Shown here one piece after another: positions 49,175 to 61,863 of a stretch of 64,000 nucleotides of DNA; positions within the stretch are counted from its first letter, which is position 1; each line of letters begins with the position of its first letter. A program made the position numbers and the translations under genes. The notes beneath the pieces were generated by a model. The model did not search any database and was not told where the DNA came from. It worked only from the letters and a program-made list of their open reading frames with translations. Source of the stretch: Octopus sinensis (taxonomy: Eukaryota). The stretch lies in NCBI RefSeq assembly GCF_006345805.1, contig NC_043002.1, forward strand, positions 56,606,001-56,670,000. Reading direction: 5' to 3'.

Positions 49175-50610
49175 TCAAGTTTGGCACAAGCCAGCAATTT
49201 TAGTGGGAGAGGATAAATCAATTACGTTGAACCCCTAGTGCCCAACTGGTGCTTATTTTATTGACCCTGAAAAGAGGAAAGATAAAGGTGACTAAGGCAA
49301 GGTTTGAACTTGGTTTGTAAAACCAGAGGAAATGTTATTAAGCATTTTGTCCAGTGAACTAATGATTCTTCTAGCTCTCTGTCTTAATTAACTAAAATAA
49401 TTTCAATTATTTCAGCAATTTTTAAGAGAAGGGATGAGTTGATTGCATCAGTTCTAATCTCCCAGCTGGTAGTTATTTTATCAACCCTGCAAGGAAGAAA
49501 GGCAAAGTTAACCTTGGTGGAATTTGACCTCTGAATACAAACCTGGAAGAAATGCTGCAGAACATTTTGTCTAGCATGCTACTGATTCTGCCAGCTCACT
49601 GCCTGAATAATTACAATAATGGTTTTCTTTGTTCACCACAAGAGTGACTAATGGGGGAACATTCAAGGACTAATTAGAAAAGCAGCAGGAGCTGGGGTTG
49701 CACAGGGTTGCTGGTATATGGGGAAAAGAGGGAAGAAAAATATGCAAAAGATATGAAAAGAGGTGTTCCAGTTTAGGGACAGCAACTCAATATAGGGACC
49801 AAGGCAAACAACCCCACAGACCCAAGATTACCCTAACCCGGGTAAGTGTCTTCTTTCAGCTATGTTCCTTGGTTTGATTTTTCATAATTATTTCTAACAG
49901 AGGTACGAGATGGTGTGATTTTGAGGGAAGAAGTTAGTCTGTTATATCAACCCCAGTACTTGAATGATGTTTATTTTTCAACCACAGAGCAATAGAAAGC
50001 AAAGTAGCCCTTGAGAGGATTTGAACTCTGTAAAGAATCAGAACAAATACTGCAAGGCATTTTTCACAATGCTCTAACAGTTCTGACAATCCCCTGACCT
50101 GACCTTTTATATATATATATATATATATAAAAACAAAATTTGGTTGCTCACATTGTAAACGTTTGAATAATAGGGAGATTATAAGTAGAAAAGTGCAAAT
50201 CGATAAACTGGAAATATTAAAAAATAGTTTTGGGAAAAGATTTGAACATTGGTCTGATTAGCAGGGTAAGATTTGTGGCATTGGTCTACAGCATAAAATA
50301 AATATTTCCCCTTCTATTTTTTCTTTGTAGATTTATAAAAAAAAGTTAAGGTCACTGCAGTAACTACTTAAGTCTGGTTTACTTGGTCTCCATGAAAGAG
50401 AGAGGAGGATTTCTTTTGACTCTAATAATAGATGTAATAATGGCTTCATGTTTTGACACAAAGCTGGCAATTTTGGGGTAGTGAGTAATTAGATTACATC
50501 AACCCCAGTGATCAACTGGTACTTATTTTATCGATCATGAAAGGTAAAGTCAATCTTGGCGAAATTTGAAGACGAACAAAATGATACTAAGCATTTTTCT
50601 CAGCTTGTTA
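49175..50610 (-). mobile_element. Four co-oriented copies of a second SINE family (Nin/Deu-like central domain)
   Basis: Copies at about 49175-49385, 49415-49585, 49910-50090 and 50450-50610 share the revcomp of GTCGACTTTGCCTTTCATCC...ATAAAATAAGTACCAGTT. Other copies lie at ~12.1, 17.9, 41.8, 52.4, 56.3 and 58.0 kb. Confidence 0.7.
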
Positions 50611-53519
50611 ACTATTCTGTCAGTTCACTGCCGTCATAACAAATGTAATAACAATAATAATAATAATAATAATAGAATCCTGTTCATGTCAATTAAAACA
50701 ATGATCTGTGTCATATCCTTGTTAAATGCCCCAAATTCTCATAAACAGTCTTCTTTTTATGACTCATATATACTTTCTGTTGTAACATTTCCTAGAATCT
50801 TCCTATTTTTATTGGTGTTAAAACTACAACGTAGATACTTTCCTTTTTTTTGTTATAAGGTCTAAATATGTCCAAGGATTAGGGTGTTTATATATCAGGG
50901 TTCTTACAACTTCAATCTTTAGTGTTGTAGACTACCTCAGTTTTGAAGTTCATAATAGTAACGATATAACATATAAGAACCTGATACAGTACAATAGAAA
51001 ATTTATAGAATTTAATATAGTATCTAAAAATGTTTTGTTGATATTAGTTTCTTACACTTTTGCAGAGAAATAAGGGGCTGTTGGTTATATAACTTGGATA
51101 AGAAAAAAGGAAATGAAAACAAGAATATCCAATATGTATCCAAGAGGAAAGGTTGATTTTTCTCCATGCTTAAAGCAACATGCAGTAATAGTTTTTTTTT
51201 TCTTAAATTCCGTTCAATTCGTATTCCAGAGAATGATTTTGTTGCATTTAGAATCAATTACATTTGCGATACTAGCGTATGATGAACATTTTGGGCAAGT
51301 TTTCTTGATTGATTAATTTATTGTAAATCAGTTGAATTAAGCAGTTTGTCGAATCCTTCTAAGTTGAATGCCATCAAGTTTTCTGCCAGTCAAATGGATG
51401 AGCTTTTGAATTCTAGTGTCTATTGTTGAGAGAAATTCAGAATGATCTGATTCTACTGAAATTTAATCATTAAATTTGTCAAAGAAAAAAAAACTTAACA
51501 TTTCAGTATCTGCTTTAGTCGATTTTGAAATATATGTCAGACAATATCGTTTATCTTTTACTTGTTTTAGCCATTTGACTGTGGTCGTGCTGGGGCACTG
51601 CCTTTGAAGAAGTTTTAGTCAAATGAATTGACCCCTGTACTTCTTTTTTTTTTAAATCTGGTATTTTATCTATTGGTCTCTCTTGCTGAACCACTTAGTT
51701 ATAGGGACACAAACAAACCAACACCAGTTGCCATATGGTGGTGGACACAAACACACCCACACACATACACAGTGGGCTTCTTTCAGTTTCCATATACCAG
51801 ATCCACTCATAAGGCTTTGGTTGATATGAGGCTATTGTAGAAGACATTTGTTCAATGTGCCAATCAATGGGATTGAACCTAGAACTTCTTACCACAAACA
51901 GTTTCTAACCAAACATGTTGTGTAGGTGTTTTTCATTTGTTTTTCTGATTCATCATCATTTTAACACCCACTTTTCCATGGATCGGGTGAAGTTTATTGA
52001 GGCTTATTTTCTTGGGCTGGATGCCCTTCCTGTTGTCAACCCTCAACTGTTTTCAAGTAATATTTCACCATGACCAGATAATGCTTTTGCAGAATATTGG
52101 AGATGAATGACACTGCATGGTGGTTGTAAATAAGTGTCACCATTACACAAGCAGAGTCAAAACAAGGACACACACATGCTCACTTACACATAGATATGAT
52201 AGAAAATTTTATTTTAAATCATTTTAAAATAGGATGTTTTTATTATTGAATCAGTTTGATATGGGGCAAGTTGGTATTAAGAGTTAATCTCTTTATGGTA
52301 AGGAATAAACTACGTTTTAGAAAGTATATTTAATAGTAATCATAATAATAATAATAATTTCAAATTTTGGCACAAGGCTGGCGATTTGGGGGGGGGAGTA
52401 ACTGGATTACATCAACCTCAGTATGCAACTGGTACTTATTTCATTGACTCTGAAGGGATGAAAGGCAAGGTCAACCTTGGTAGGATTTGAACTGAGAATG
52501 AATGCTGAATGAAATGTTGCTAAGCATTTTGCCTGGCATGCTAATGATTCTGCCAATTTGCCTAATAATAATTAATGATAGTAATGATAATATATTGCAA
52601 AAAAAAAAAAAATGATCATCTCATTTTTTTTAAGACAGTGTATTTTGGATAAGATTATCCAATGTGTCTTTTTTTTTAAGGGAATAGTGGGATTTGAGAG
52701 AGATTTGATTGCTGTTCCTAGCATGTAAACACATTGAAGCTCCCCCACCTTTTTTTCCACTCATTTATGTTGATAGAGCAAGATAGTGAAGACAGCATGT
52801 GAGAGGCTTTGACTTAAGTTCAATACCTTTCCAGTGAGTAAAACAACAAAACAATTATTGCTGTTATTGTGTAGTAAATACACAAATAAATATTCTAAAT
52901 ATTTAGCCACTGATGCATAAAACATAATTCTGGTTCTATGATTACAATTGCATAATAAGAAAAGAATCAGTGTTGGATGGATAAATCATTAAAGCATAAT
53001 TATATTTCAGATTAATGGAACGTTATTAACCTGAAAACTTTAGATTTTGTTATATTATTTTATAACTATTGTCTTTTTTGAGGACACTGCTCATTTGTGG
53101 GTTAAGGGCATATATATAGAAAATGTGCTGCTTTGCTTGCATATATGTAGATATGTGTCTGTATCTATCTACACATGCATACACGTATTTGCATGCATAT
53201 ATATCGTCATAGATTTAACATTAGCTTTTGATGATGGCTCAGGCTGTAAGGGTTATTGTGATCTAGTCTGTTTTTATTTGGTGTGACTTAACTTTAAGAT
53301 GTGTTGGAAGATCATGTCTCACCAAAAATGGAAAATATTCCAGTTTTGGCAAAGTATTTATGGCTGGATACCTAACAGCAACCAGTTTACAATGGATCCT
53401 GGTTACTGTGTTTTAAACTACCAGCTATAGAGGAGTTGTGATGTCTCCAGCAAAACAGGCATAAATCATTCTCTAAATCCAGTGTTTTGTCCATTCACTC
53501 TCTGTATGTCATGTGTGTC

Positions 53520-54065
53520 ATCATCATCGTCGTTTAACGTCCACTTTCCATGCTGGCATGGGTTGGATGGTTTGACTGAGGGGTGGCAAGGCAGAAGGCT
53601 GCACCAGGCTCCAGTCTGATTTGGCAATGTTTCTACAGCTGGATGCCCTTCCTAATGCCAACCACTCAGAGAATGTAGTGGGTGCTTTGTATGTGCCACT
53701 GGCATGAGGGCCAGTCAGGCAGGCCTGGCATCAACCATGTTTGAACGGTGCTTTTTACATGCTAATCGGGTTGTACTGTCATCAGCCACGACGATTTCAC
53801 TTTCCTCAATAGGTCTTCGCAAGCGCAGTTTATTGCCCAATGATTAAAAGGTACTCTTAAAAGGGCTAGTTATGCTGCACTGGCATAGGCCATGGTTACG
53901 GTCTCTCTTGGCTTGCCAAGTCTTCTCAAGCACAATGTATATCCAACGGTCTCAGAAGCCCAATGTTTGAGGGTCATGCTTCACCCCCTCATCCCCGGTC
54001 TTCCTGGGTCTACCTCTTCCACAGGTTCCCTCTACTGCTAGGGTGTGACACTTTTTCACAGCTGT
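53520..54065 (-). mobile_element. RTE LINE 3' end with 3' UTR
   Basis: AVKKCHTLAVEGTCGRGRPRKT.DEGVKHD plus a (TGA)n tail at 53520. Confidence 0.85.
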
Positions 54066-55819
54066 CCTCGTACTTTTTATTGTGACTCCAGTACTTTTGA
54101 GATTGGTTTGTGTCCTCAAGGTACCATGACCAGAAAGGTGGAACATATGCGCTATTTTAGTTCAAGTGCTTTTTCATTTCTTATGACATCATTGTCTTGT
54201 GATGATCAACAAGTCTGAGGGACAGTCCTGAAGATTGCTGGGGTTGAATCAGTAAGGTCATGTTTGTCTCATGGTCAGCCTCTAATTTGTACACTTGCAT
54301 GTTGGAGCCTGCATTCAACTTTTCATGGGAGCACCTAACTGCAGAACAAGAAATGTTGTCTATCTCAGACAGCCTGCTAAATATAAACACAGTTTATTAG
54401 ATTTCTTTCTGTTTTGTATGTGGAATATCTATTTGGTATGACAAAACAATAAAGTAAAATGTAAAGATATTTTCTTGAGTCAGAAAATTAAAACTATTGT
54501 TTAATAGAAACCCAATTGTAAGAGCTTCGTATGTCAGAGAAGCCTGGGAAAAGAAATCCAACTTAAAACATGCATTACAATGACAAATATATGCAAACAT
54601 AAGATCTACATATGTAAATAAAACTATACAGAATATTGCTATATGTCAAGTCATTTAGTTTGTCTTTTATCTTTTACTTGTTTCAGTCATTAGACTAGGG
54701 CCATACTGGGGCACTGCCTTGAAGAGTTTCTAGTCAAATGAATTGACCCCAGTACTAATTTTTTTTTTAAAGCCTGGTATTTTATTCTATTGGTGTCTTT
54801 TATGGTGATGTAAACACACCAACACCAACCAGTTGTTAAGCAGTGGTAGGGGACAAACACACACACACACACGACAAGCTTCTTTCAGTTTCCATCTACC
54901 AAGTTCACTCAGAAGGTTTTGGTTGGCATGAGGCTATAGTAGAAGATACTTACCCAAGGTGCCATGCTGTGAAACTGAACCCGGAACCATGTGATTGAGA
55001 AGCAAGCTTCTTAACACACAGCCATGTCTGCACTTCCCCAGTGAATACTGGGTAGCTCTGCCTCTACATATATATGTATTAGAGAGTCCCCTGTCATAAT
55101 GGGTAACTGTGGCTACAGAAACATACTTTTGCCTCTGTAAATATGATGATTATTTTAACTGTTATTATCAGGATATATTGTATGTATGGCATACCTACAA
55201 TAATTATAATTTAACTTTTAGCAAACTACCCATGGTGCTTATACATGTAATGTATATTAATTTTCAAATCCAAAATACTATGATTCTTTCTCTCTCACTG
55301 TGTGTGTGTAGTATTCCTTTACTCATTACCTGCCACCAAGCCTAATGTGTGTTGCATTCATCGTGCACCTCTTATTGTTAATTTTGTATCTCTCTTTTAT
55401 TTTCTCTTCCTCGTCTCTCTCTCTCTCTCTCTCTATACACTGTGAAGCATGACTAGAAAAATAAAGCAACCAACATTTATATTGGTTATTATATAGAAAG
55501 CCACACACACACCTTTGAAGCTGATGATTTATTCTGTTGCTATGTTTGATTCTGTAGGTGTCACGAATGACTACAATAGCATGAAACCACAAGTAGGAGT
55601 GTATACACATTCTCTTACATTTACACCTAATGCTGATAATGATGTATACAGAAATATTATACACACACACGCATGCACACATGTACGAGTACTTTATTGA
55701 AGTAAAATTCATTTGGGATTTTTCAATAAATTCTTCAAAGTTTGACTTTGCTAATGTTTACCTTTGTAATTACAGTAACCTTTTTTAAAATTTATTTATT
55801 TATTTATCTGGCAAAGTAT

Positions 55820-56170
55820 ATATTTAAGAGATGAGGAATTATGTACATTATTTACATTTGACAGATATTTGTCCTCATCTTGTTTGTTGTTAAAATGTTT
55901 TGGCTGATATACCCTCCAGCCTTCATCAGGTGTCTTGGGGAAATTTCGAACCCGGGTCTCATTCCTAAGGTATTTTTCATTGTCATTATTATTATTATTA
56001 TTATTATTCAGGTCACTGCCTGGAATCAAACTCGGATATATGTAGCCCATGCTCTTAACCACTATGCCACATGCCCATGGGCAATTATGGAGTGAATTTT
56101 AGGGGTTATAAATCTAATATTTTCCTATCCTTCCTTAATACTGGTTCCCATATGCTGTTCATATCTGCAC
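55820..56170 (-). mobile_element. Penelope-type terminal-repeat element: ORF end, tRNA-like module and hammerhead-like motif
   Basis: On the minus strand: ADMNSIWEPVLRKDRKILDL*, then TGGCATAGTGG...GAGTTTGATTCC (A/B boxes), (AAT)n, then CTGATGA-A-GGCTG..CAGCC-AAAAC. Confidence 0.65.
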
Positions 56171-57419
56171 TTGGTCTGATTAGTAGGTTGTTGTGTCCTA
56201 GCATATGTGCTGTTTTGTTTTTTTTTAATAATGTAAGCATATATGTTTCAAATGTTGGCACAAGGCCGCCAATTATTTTTATTTGGGTGGTGTTGTTGAT
56301 TACACAGATCCCAGTACTCAACTGGTACTTATTTTATTGGCCCCAAAAGGATGAAAGGCAAAGTTGACCTTGGTTGTATTTGAACTCAGAACATAAAATT
56401 GGACAAACTGTTGGTAAGCATTCTATCTAGCCTGCTAATGCATCTACCAGCTTGCTGTCTTGGCAAAGCATATTATATTAGATTGTAGTTTGGGTTAGTG
56501 CAGTTGTATCTCAGTTACCATTTTTATAATTATTTGTTCTGGCTGCATAAATGAAGATCACAGGAGTGAAGCTTCCATTCTCATATATTTTCTCAAGCAT
56601 CTCTTCCTGTTCCTAGGGGGAATATACTTAAATGCTTTGTTAGGATCAGGTACCTTCATATTTTTCCCTGTTCACCAATCCCATGTCGATGGGTATGAGT
56701 ATGTAAATCCATATGAAAAAATACTCCCAGTAAGGAGATATAATCACAAGCTATAGTCACCGCCTTCTGGGTAGCATTGTGGGTGGTTGCTGGGATGCAT
56801 TTTTGCAGTACAAACAGAATCTTCAGCTGATCATTGACCTGTGTTATCACTGATCAATCCGCAATAAGCATAGCATGCTCCACAATAGAGTGTAATATGT
56901 TATCTCAGATCAGTGGTGAATGAATCAGTGACAAGCGAGGCTACATGTACTTCTAATTTTTGAAAGAAACAAGTTTAGCTTGATTGAATCAGTCCTAGTC
57001 TATTATTCTTATTTCATTAGATGTGGAACCACTGAAAAGTAAAATGCCCTTCTCCTGTGTTGTATGCCAGATTAAATGCTTAACAGTATTTCATCTTTCT
57101 GAACTGAAATATAGTCGGGTTTGACATTCCCTTTCTCAGCCATTATGGTATCACTAAAATAATTAGCAGGTATGTACTGGAATCACTTCTGTTGACCCCT
57201 TCCCAATAGATTTCTGGCCTTCAGTCAATACAAGAAGTCATCGTCATTATCATTACTATTAGGCTTTGCGCCTATAGTGGAAAGGATTATTATCATTTTT
57301 ATTGTTATTATTATTTAAGTTGGTGAGCTGGTAAAATCATTAGCCTGCTGGACAAAATGCTGAAGCATTTTGTCTGTCTCCATGTTCTGAGTTCAAATTC
57401 CACCAAGGTCAACTTATTA

Positions 57420-57845
57420 TTGAGTGAGAGAGTAGTGCATGCCATCAAAGTGACACTGGGGTAAAATATACGAAGCCCAGTATGCCCATCATGACTACCT
57501 GTCTGATAAGGGTACACCAGGCACATGCATCACAACCATATATGTGCGACATGGTGATCTCATATCAAGATAAACAGCGCATAACCTTGCAGGTGGGACC
57601 CAGTTAGAATTTTCTTCAGGTAATCCCGCTCAAAAGGTCTCTGAATAAGGGTTAAGAATGTTGAATGAAACACACGTTTCCAAAGGTGAATTATCTAAAC
57701 CCCAAAGAATTCCTCTCAACACATGACTATGATGCTCCACCACTACTTCTGTTCATGGTCAGTGATGCACATATCGTCAGCCAGTAAGGGACATGTTCAA
57801 CTGGTTAAGGCCAAACAACTGACAAGCAAATCTGTGGTATTGAGC
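57420..57845 (-). mobile_element. Retroposon 3' fragment with an (AAT)n tail inserted in a SINE
   Basis: The minus strand ends CTCTCTCACTCAATAATAA, directly interrupting the SINE at 57310-57420. Confidence 0.45.
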
Positions 57846-60800
57846 GATGTTTTAGTCCAATGGTAGAACACCTGTCACCTTTACAGAAGATAAGGGTTTG
57901 AGTTTCACTGGCTATTTTTAATATCTTTCAAACCAAAGGATTTTTAAACCTAATATTTACACACTTAAAGCAGCAAACTGGCAGAATAGTTGGAATGCTG
58001 GATAAGTGCTTGGCAGCAGCACTTTTTCTAGTTTTATGTTCTTAGTTCAAATGCCACAGAGGTCAATTTTGCCTTTCATTCTTCTGGGGCTTGTAAAATA
58101 AGTACCTGTTGAGCACTGGGGTCAATGTAATTGATTAACCCTCCCCTACACCTCTCACAAAATTGCCAGCTTTGTACATATAATAGAAAGTACTATTGTT
58201 GTTGTTGTCGGGGTGAATTTGGTATCAGTGTCATCTATAAAGCAGGCCATGTCTGGAGTATTTTCTGCCACCAGTTTACCATTTTCTCTGCACCATTAAT
58301 GCCAGGACATTGATTTTATTGTAGGAGACCATCCTAATTATATTATTAATATAATTTTATTTTATTTCATCTGAAATTCTGCAGCTTTATTATTATTTAT
58401 ATACCATATCCCTTTGGAGGTTCAGTCCCACTGCTTAGCACCTTCGACAAGTGTCTTGTACTACAGCCCCAGACCAACCAAGGTCTTGTGAGTGGATATG
58501 ATAGATAGCAGCTGAAGAAACCTATCTTCTATGTGTATTTGTGTGTTTCCTTCACATTTGCTACTTTGTAAACAATGGCTTCTTGCCAGTGTCCATGGTT
58601 GCAGTCCATCATGAACGGATGTCTGGGCTTCCTGATATATCTTCAAATGCTGCGTGATCTTTGTAAACAAAAGGCTCCTTAAACAATGTTGTTTGTTTCC
58701 AATTCTCTGCATAAAACATGTCTGGGCTGTCACAGGAAATGCATCTGGATGGACTGGTACTTGTGACTTAATTCACTCAGGGTGGGTCAAACTGACTCCA
58801 AAGAGTTCACTATGTCCCTCACAAAAGCTGACCACATCCAATGGCCAACCCTAACATTCCAGCAGCAGCAGCAGCAAGGGTAATGCTTCTCTGCCTGTGG
58901 CCCCAAAATCCAGCTTCCAATTTGACAAATGCCTCACCGGGAGAGCAAGTGCATTGGACCGCACAGATGCCATAGCTGTAGTTGTCACTTGTTGATGTGT
59001 TGAGTTCATGTTTGGAGTTTCAGTGGGAACACAAGTTCACATCTGGATGTAGAAAAGCTCTGCCCCAACAGACTCCCATCAAGAGTAGGCTTTTAAACAA
59101 GAAAACAATGATGATTCATTTTTTTTTTAATATTCTTTTGTTTGATTAGTTTTGTTGAGAAGGGAATCAATAACATAAATATTTTCATCAATATTGTTAT
59201 TAGTTTTCTGTTACAGTCTGGTCTGGATTGAATAAAATATGGAAATTCAGTGTTGACATGAGTCCATTACTGCTGGTCACTCTTTCAAACCTTTGTAGTA
59301 TTGGTGTGATCCATATTCTCTGCTGACTGACAGAAGTAACGAGAGCAAGAATTTGCTCCAATTGTAGTTGCGTGCCATTATTTATAGCTTTATCAGCTTT
59401 GAAATCCACTGTTCCAAAAAAGCATTATTACACATTATCTTGAAGTACATAAATTCTTAGGATGTCAGTCAACACATCCTCATTATTAGCCTCTGGGATG
59501 GACGAGAGGGATGGGACAGATTAGAGGGATGGGAGGGATTAAAGAAAGTCTCTTCTAACTGGCAACCTGGCTTGAACATGACCGAATGATGTCATTTCTG
59601 TTAGAGTTACAGGATGAGTGTGTGTGTGTGTGTGTAAGGCCAATAAATGTTAAGATTGATCAGTCAGTGTAGATAATGGTGGAGTAGACAAGTTATGTCC
59701 TGCTAAGATGGTGATTCTCAACCAGGGTTCGTATATGGGCTCTTGGGGATTCATATAAAATTTTGTTGTGAAAATTTATATGAAATAAACTGGTGATTCT
59801 TCTACAATATACAAAATATTTAAATAATGTTTTTATACAATTCCAAATATTTAATTACAAAAATACGATATGATTTTTTAAAACAGGGGTGGGGTGGGGG
59901 GCTGTTTTGGTAGAGTAAAATAGGAATCAAAGGGGCCCATAGGCAAAAATGGTTGGGGACCACTGATCTAAGATGTATTTAGGTATGTGCAATTGCATGT
60001 TGGTTTGTGAGTATTTTTTGCTGACCCCTAAATACTTACAAGAAAGGCAGAAGGCCAGCATCTGAGGTAGGAACAATTGAATATAGTGGTGAGGGTATGG
60101 AAGGGGGATACAACAAATGTGATGAGAGATGGAGAGCTGAGTGAGTTGAGAGTGTTTGAACAGAGGTGGTATGACACCAACCTGATCCAAGGAACAGAGG
60201 CCATTATTGTAATAAATAATGAAATATACTGAGAGAGGAAAACAGCATGCTTGTGGGTCAGAGGAGGGAATGTCTGTGAGTGATCTAAGGCCAATCAGTG
60301 AAGTGGCCATTTTTGGATTGGGTCCAGGGTGTTGGTATGTATGAATATAATTTTGTGACTTATAGTGGTTTTATAAAATAGATAATCTAAATTTTGGGAA
60401 GTACACCTGCACGATGTTTTCATTAAGAAAAAACTTTGCATGGAATCAAGTACCCTGATCTCCTAATGTGCTACAAACCCTTTATTTTTGTTCAGAAAAA
60501 AGGGTGGAGAGGAAACTAACTCCCCATTCCGGAATCATTGGATTTCCCCCCCCCCCCCATTGAATGAATTTCAGTGACCTCCTAATATGCCACAAAACTT
60601 TTTTTTTATTTTGTCCAGAAAACGGGGTGGAGTGGAACCCTTGGAAATCTCAATCCCATTGGGAATCTTATGATACAGCAATGACTGCTCCTCCTGTAAT
60701 GATGATGATGATGGTGTCTCCAGTTCCTTTATATTCTAGTCTGGATTCAGTTTTGCTCATCTTCACATATTGTAGAGGTCATTAAATATGTACTAGTTAT

Positions 60801-61507
60801 ATGTTACTTTGGAATTGACAGTGTTCCCTCCTTTCACAAATTGATCTTGTGTTTCATCAAAAGTCATATTTTTGTCCTGATTTTAGCTGTTGGATTCTGC
60901 CCATGCTGGAGTGCTACTTTGAAGGGTTTTCAATGGCCAGTCAGATTGTCCCCACCCCCTTTCTTATTTTAATGCTGTTATTTATTCTATCAGTCTCTTG
61001 TTTTTTGTCAAAACACTAAGCTACAGTGACAGTAAACCTAGTTTGGTTGTCAAGCAATGAGAGACTAACACAAATATATGCAATGACTTGCACACAATTT
61101 GACACACACACACAACTAGCTTCTGTACAATTACTGCCAAATCAACTCCCAATGCTTTGGTCAACTTGAGTTCTATCACAGAAAACATTTTTCCAAGATG
61201 CCTCAATCCAAAATACTAATGGATTCTATTGAATCATTTATGATATCCAATGTCGCCAATGCTTTGTTGTTTTAAGTTCAAGTTCAGACTGAGTCAAGTA
61301 AACTTCATACACTCTTCTATGCTTGCATGGGTCAGATGGAATTTGTTGAGGCAGATTTTCTACAGCCAGATGCCCTTTCTCTCACCAACCCACATCTGTT
61401 AATGAGAGCTTACAGTGAGCATTGTTGGATTCTTCTAATCTCTGTTCTTGTGCGTGTGTAGTTTATTGTTTATGTTATTTGTTCCTGTGTTGACAACCGA
61501 TGTCTAG

Positions 61508-61616
61508 ATATTAGTTCTCTCTAACATAATGCAAAGTTTTCCTCGATCATCCATTGTGTTTGGAACATCCAGTTGTGCTTGGGACAGCCGATGCAGAGTT
61601 CCAAAAATCTACAATG
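61508..61616 (+). CDS. Weak candidate downstream exon (ILVLSNIMQSFPRSSIVFGTSSCAWDSRCRVPKIYN, or VFLDHPLCLEHPVVLGTADAEFQKSTM from a later AG)
   Basis: A non-repeat island that retains CpGs, with open frames ending at ATG|GTAAAA. The acceptor choice is ambiguous. Confidence 0.25.
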
Positions 61617-61766
61617 GTAAAATATATGTTGGAAGAAATAATATGCACTTGTGTTTACTGTAATTTCTCTGATATTTACTTTGTGTATCATGATTAATAA
61701 TGCTACTAAGCATAGTAATTGGTTAACCATTATACTGGGAGTAGATTAGATGAGGATAATTTACAT

Positions 61767-61863
61767 CATTATCATCATTGTTCGACCGTGGTCGAGACAA
61801 TGGAATTTACCATGCTACGCCAGACTTTACGGTCCATCATGGCATTACGGAGGTCCTGTATAC
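61767..61863 (-). mobile_element. 97-bp 5'-truncated young LINE 3' end
   Basis: Perfect 14-bp TSD AGGATAATTTACAT (61753-61766 and 61864-61877). Encodes IQDLRNAMMDRKVWRSMVNSIVSTTVEQ* followed by (TGA)n. Confidence 0.8.

Noticed and set aside
56010-56076. tRNA gene
   Set aside because: It has A/B boxes but an incomplete cloverleaf and is embedded in a repeated element. The same applies to all SINE heads in the window.
59200-59409. Strong acceptor TTTTCTGTTACAG with a 69-aa antisense ORF
   Set aside because: The plus frames close early, no donor or homology was recognised, and it cannot be told apart from chance.
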